Shown piece by piece: positions 51,273 through 54,374 of a stretch of 54,374 nt of DNA. Below the pieces are notes generated by a model. That model was not told the DNA's origin and ran no database searches. It was given only the letters and a program-made list of their open reading frames with translations. Position 1 is the stretch's first letter, and each line of letters opens with the position of its first letter. The position numbers and the translations under genes were made by a program. The DNA is from Catajapyx aquilonaris (lineage: Eukaryota), in contig JYFJ02002582.1 in NCBI GenBank assembly GCA_000934665.2, forward strand, positions 1 through 54,374, in the 5' to 3' direction.

Positions 51273-53003
51273 TCAGCATTGTTGAAATAAACACGTCGTG
51301 GAAGTTGCCAGCTGATAGACGATTATGATGTAGGTAATTATAATGCTTACAAGCTGAAATGTATGAAAAGTATGAATTAGTATATGCTAGTGCGTGATTA
51401 GGTGTCTCCCTGTTCGCCTTACCGTGTTAATAAATGGTTTGGTAATAACAAAGTAACCGCTTCCTGTAATGGTGATGGGGTTGATGCGGACTTGGTTAAG
51501 AAACAGTTGCATCTGAAATGAGTGTGGATATTAACGAAGGCCAATACAGACTAAGTGCAACAGTTAGCTTACCAAAATTTGAGAGTTGCTCATATAGCGA
51601 TTCCATTTAGTGATGCGCATCAAAGGGTTGCCGACTATTGTTTGACTCAGATCTGTTGCCTAAGTTAAGAGTATAACAGAGAGAGAGAGAGAGTAGTGCA
51701 GACAAATTATTGAACTATACGTCAAATGCACCACATATATAAGCACTATTCAACAGGCGACTTTGAAGCATTATTCAAATCACTAACTACTTACGCGTAC
51801 ATCAACCACCCAGAAATATCCGATATTGAAAGCCTTGATTACTGAAACATTCTGTCTATCGTACAAACAACATGTACCAATAATTGAACAATCTGAAGAA
51901 AATGAACTGCAATAATAATTATAATTACCTCTTGGTGAAGCTGCGCTGCGCAAAATGCAGGAATCATCATTCTGAGAACAATGAAGACGAGATCAAAGTA
52001 TGCATCTGCCAAAATCCAATTATCCTGAGTATTCAATCCAGTAACTATGCTGTTGAATACTCGAGAAGAAAAGTAACCCAGGTTACAGAGGAAGTTCCAC
52101 AGCACCATGGTAGCAATGGACTGACTTGCTCTTTTAGCCACGGTGATGGCCTCGGCATGCTTCTTCCTGATTGCTTCAACTTCTTCCACTGACAAGAACA
52201 AGACGCGAGATTTTTCGAGTGCAGACCTGACCCTAGTGAAGTAACGTCGCAGGATGACTGACAGGACTAGAAGAAGAAGATCGACGTAAGTCCAAGCGAA
52301 AGAACAGTAGCATTGAAGGGCTAGAGCGTAAACTCCGGCCAAAGCACCCTTGGTACTCTTAGGAGACACGTTGTCGTCGGCAACCACATTCAGGAAGGTC
52401 AGGAAGGTCATCTCCGGGATTTCCGATAAACGAGAGGCGTAAAAGACACCAAAACTGGCGACGGTGGTGGTGATGGCAACCGTCGCACAGCCAACCACCA
52501 TCCAGAAAATAGTGTTGGCAGTGGCAGGGTCTGTCAGGTGACCTCGCTGTCTGGTCATCCAGACGAGGTCACCTAGGACGGGGCTCTGAACAATGACCAG
52601 TAAAGAGTTGAGCAGGACGTGCATATGATATGCAAAACTTAAGAAATGAAAGGCCAGGTCACGCCCTCCCATTTCCATGACGGCCATGGCCAGAAGCCCA
52701 AATCTATGGAATATAAAGTGAGCTTTGGCCACGTTGACAACTACAACGTATAAATTGACTGGGTGTAATAGGCGGAATATCCATCGGCCGTTAGGGTTTC
52801 GAGTCAAAGGGCACATGGCCATAATACGAGAGAGGAGGAAAAGTGGCTGCATTGCAGAATCAAGTTCAGAGCGGTCGCACATCTCTACACTGGACTGAAA
52901 TTGCCAAGAAAATGTACTGCGATTTATATAACTGCGAAAATAATGGCGGACACATGACAAAGAGTTTCGGAACCTTTGATCGTGGACAGGAGCCTGGGAA
53001 CAT
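51273..53003 (-). CDS. Gustatory receptor GR10 of cluster, ~417 aa, most divergent member
   Basis: Exons 52974-53003 (putative, MFPGSCPRSK; alternative ATG at 52882), 51929-52894, 51573-51659, 51423-51512, 51273-51353. TITGSGYFVITK and TYIIIVYQL. Confidence 0.85.
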
Positions 53004-54045
53004 GTCTTCTACACTGACACCGTCAATGGTGTTCACATAACCTTAATTAATATCATCTGGCAATAACAGTACGGATACTATGGAATATAATGCGCGCCTT
53101 GTGACCAAGCTCCCTGATTGGCTGAGTCTGTGTTGGAATCCTGTGATGCGGTTGGCTGTGCCAGTAGAGGAAGGGACGGACCGGTTCGTTCCTGACGCCA
53201 GGCGCCAACAACACTGGTCCGTTGTTTACTATTTTTAGCTCGTTGGTCGTTGCTCGTGGTCGCTCGTGGTGTACTGCGCTGGACATAGGCCGACGTACTA
53301 TACACTGTACCGGTAGTGCGGTGCTTCCCGCCCGATGCTCTCCCTCGCTGTGGTGAAACCCGTTCGGTCGCCGGCCAGGTGAGTACCGCCTCTGGGGCAA
53401 CTCCTTCCTCATACTGATCACCGCTGTCTCTTCCCCAGTTCAACATTCGAACACTACAGGCGACTCTTCGTGGCAGGTATCCATCCGTAGAGAGGCGGCT
53501 TTCGACTTGCCTTGCCTTGCCTGGCACAGTTCGTTCGCCCACCTGCCTCCCTGCCTGCTCTGTGGTGGTGGCCTTTTGCGCTCAGCACGTTCAGGACCGA
53601 TGCAGGAGAATGCCTCTGCCTGGAGTTGGCTGCACCCGGATGAGGGTCGGTGAAGCTACTCATCCCTCTACCTCTGGTGGGCTGGTCGGCGCAAGGGGTG
53701 CCAAAAAGGGGGTTCGTCATGTCAAGGCACGTCGCCGCATGCCCAGCCAAATGCGGACCACTGATCCTGCCAACCAGGTCAGTCAAGGCTGGTCAGGTTG
53801 TGCTTGCCGCAGCATGTATGCTGCTTTTCAGGATGCAAGGCAGTTTTTTCCACTAGTGTACTAGATGTGGCAGGAGAGGGAGTTTGACCTCTGAAATTTA
53901 GCCCGTCAGAAAGAATTATGGCTGACCACGTGGTTTCTTACCCCCCTGACATGAATGTGGCTTTAAAGTTTTCCAGAGAAGGAATAATATGAGGGTAAGT
54001 CAAAACAAATATTGAGACTGAATTTTTATGAGAGAAAAATAATTA

Positions 54046-54260
54046 AGGTGAAGTGGGGGAAGTGCACACCCGGGGTAAGTGCACATATTGTGCCGCCATA
54101 TTGGAATGAAAATGGCTGACGACACCAAAACGCGTCAGCTATGTAGCTACACAGTGCAGCTACATAGCTGACTCGTTTTTGTGTCGTCAACCATTTTCAT
54201 TTCAATATGGCGGCACAATATGTGCACTTACCCCGGGTGTGCACTTCCCCCACTTCACCC
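54046..54260. mobile_element. 215-bp near-perfect palindromic MITE with TA flanks (Tc1/mariner/pogo-type TSD)
   Basis: Two ~107-bp arms (ggtgaagtgggggaagtgcacacccggggtaagtgcacatattgtgccgcc...) with about 6 mismatches and essentially no spacer. TA at 54044-54045 and 54261-54262. Confidence 0.8.
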
Positions 54261-54374
54261 TAGTTCTTCACTCGTTCGAGTTTCATTGTCAGCATGTTTT
54301 AGATTTAGAGTATTTAGACTGTTAGAACACCAATACCTGTTAGAATATGCCAAGACCCAGGCAACGGTGACACT

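Noticed and set aside
1..54374. CRISPR arrays, operons, defence systems or other prokaryotic systems
   Set aside because: The window is spliceosomal-intron-containing animal DNA, and I saw no regularly spaced direct repeats with unique spacers.

Overview
Eukaryotic, intron-containing DNA, almost certainly from an arthropod (gustatory receptors, an arthropod-type ZP-domain gene, many 55-110 nt introns). All gene models were built by hand from splice signals and frame arithmetic. From left to right: (1) a Helitron 3' end lying in the intron of a small hydrophobic-protein gene whose first coding exon (156-317, minus strand) is too short to appear in the ORF track; (2) a 6-exon DRC3/LRRC48 axonemal gene (904-3264, plus); (3) two fold-back elements; (4) a second, complete paralog of the small hydrophobic protein (4780-5105, minus), so DRC3 sits between two copies of an unrecognised microprotein family; (5) an 8-exon ZP-domain/cuticlin-like membrane protein (9982-13640, minus); (6) about 14.5 kb with no recognisable gene, containing a MITE, microsatellites and an RTE-like tail; (7) a ~25 kb array of ten apparently intact, highly diverged sugar-receptor-like gustatory receptor genes (28235-53003) with a shared 3' exon layout, some non-canonical splice sites, intron gains/losses and substitutions in the pore motif; (8) a 215-bp near-perfect palindromic MITE. 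No prokaryotic features, CRISPR arrays, tRNAs or rRNAs are supported.
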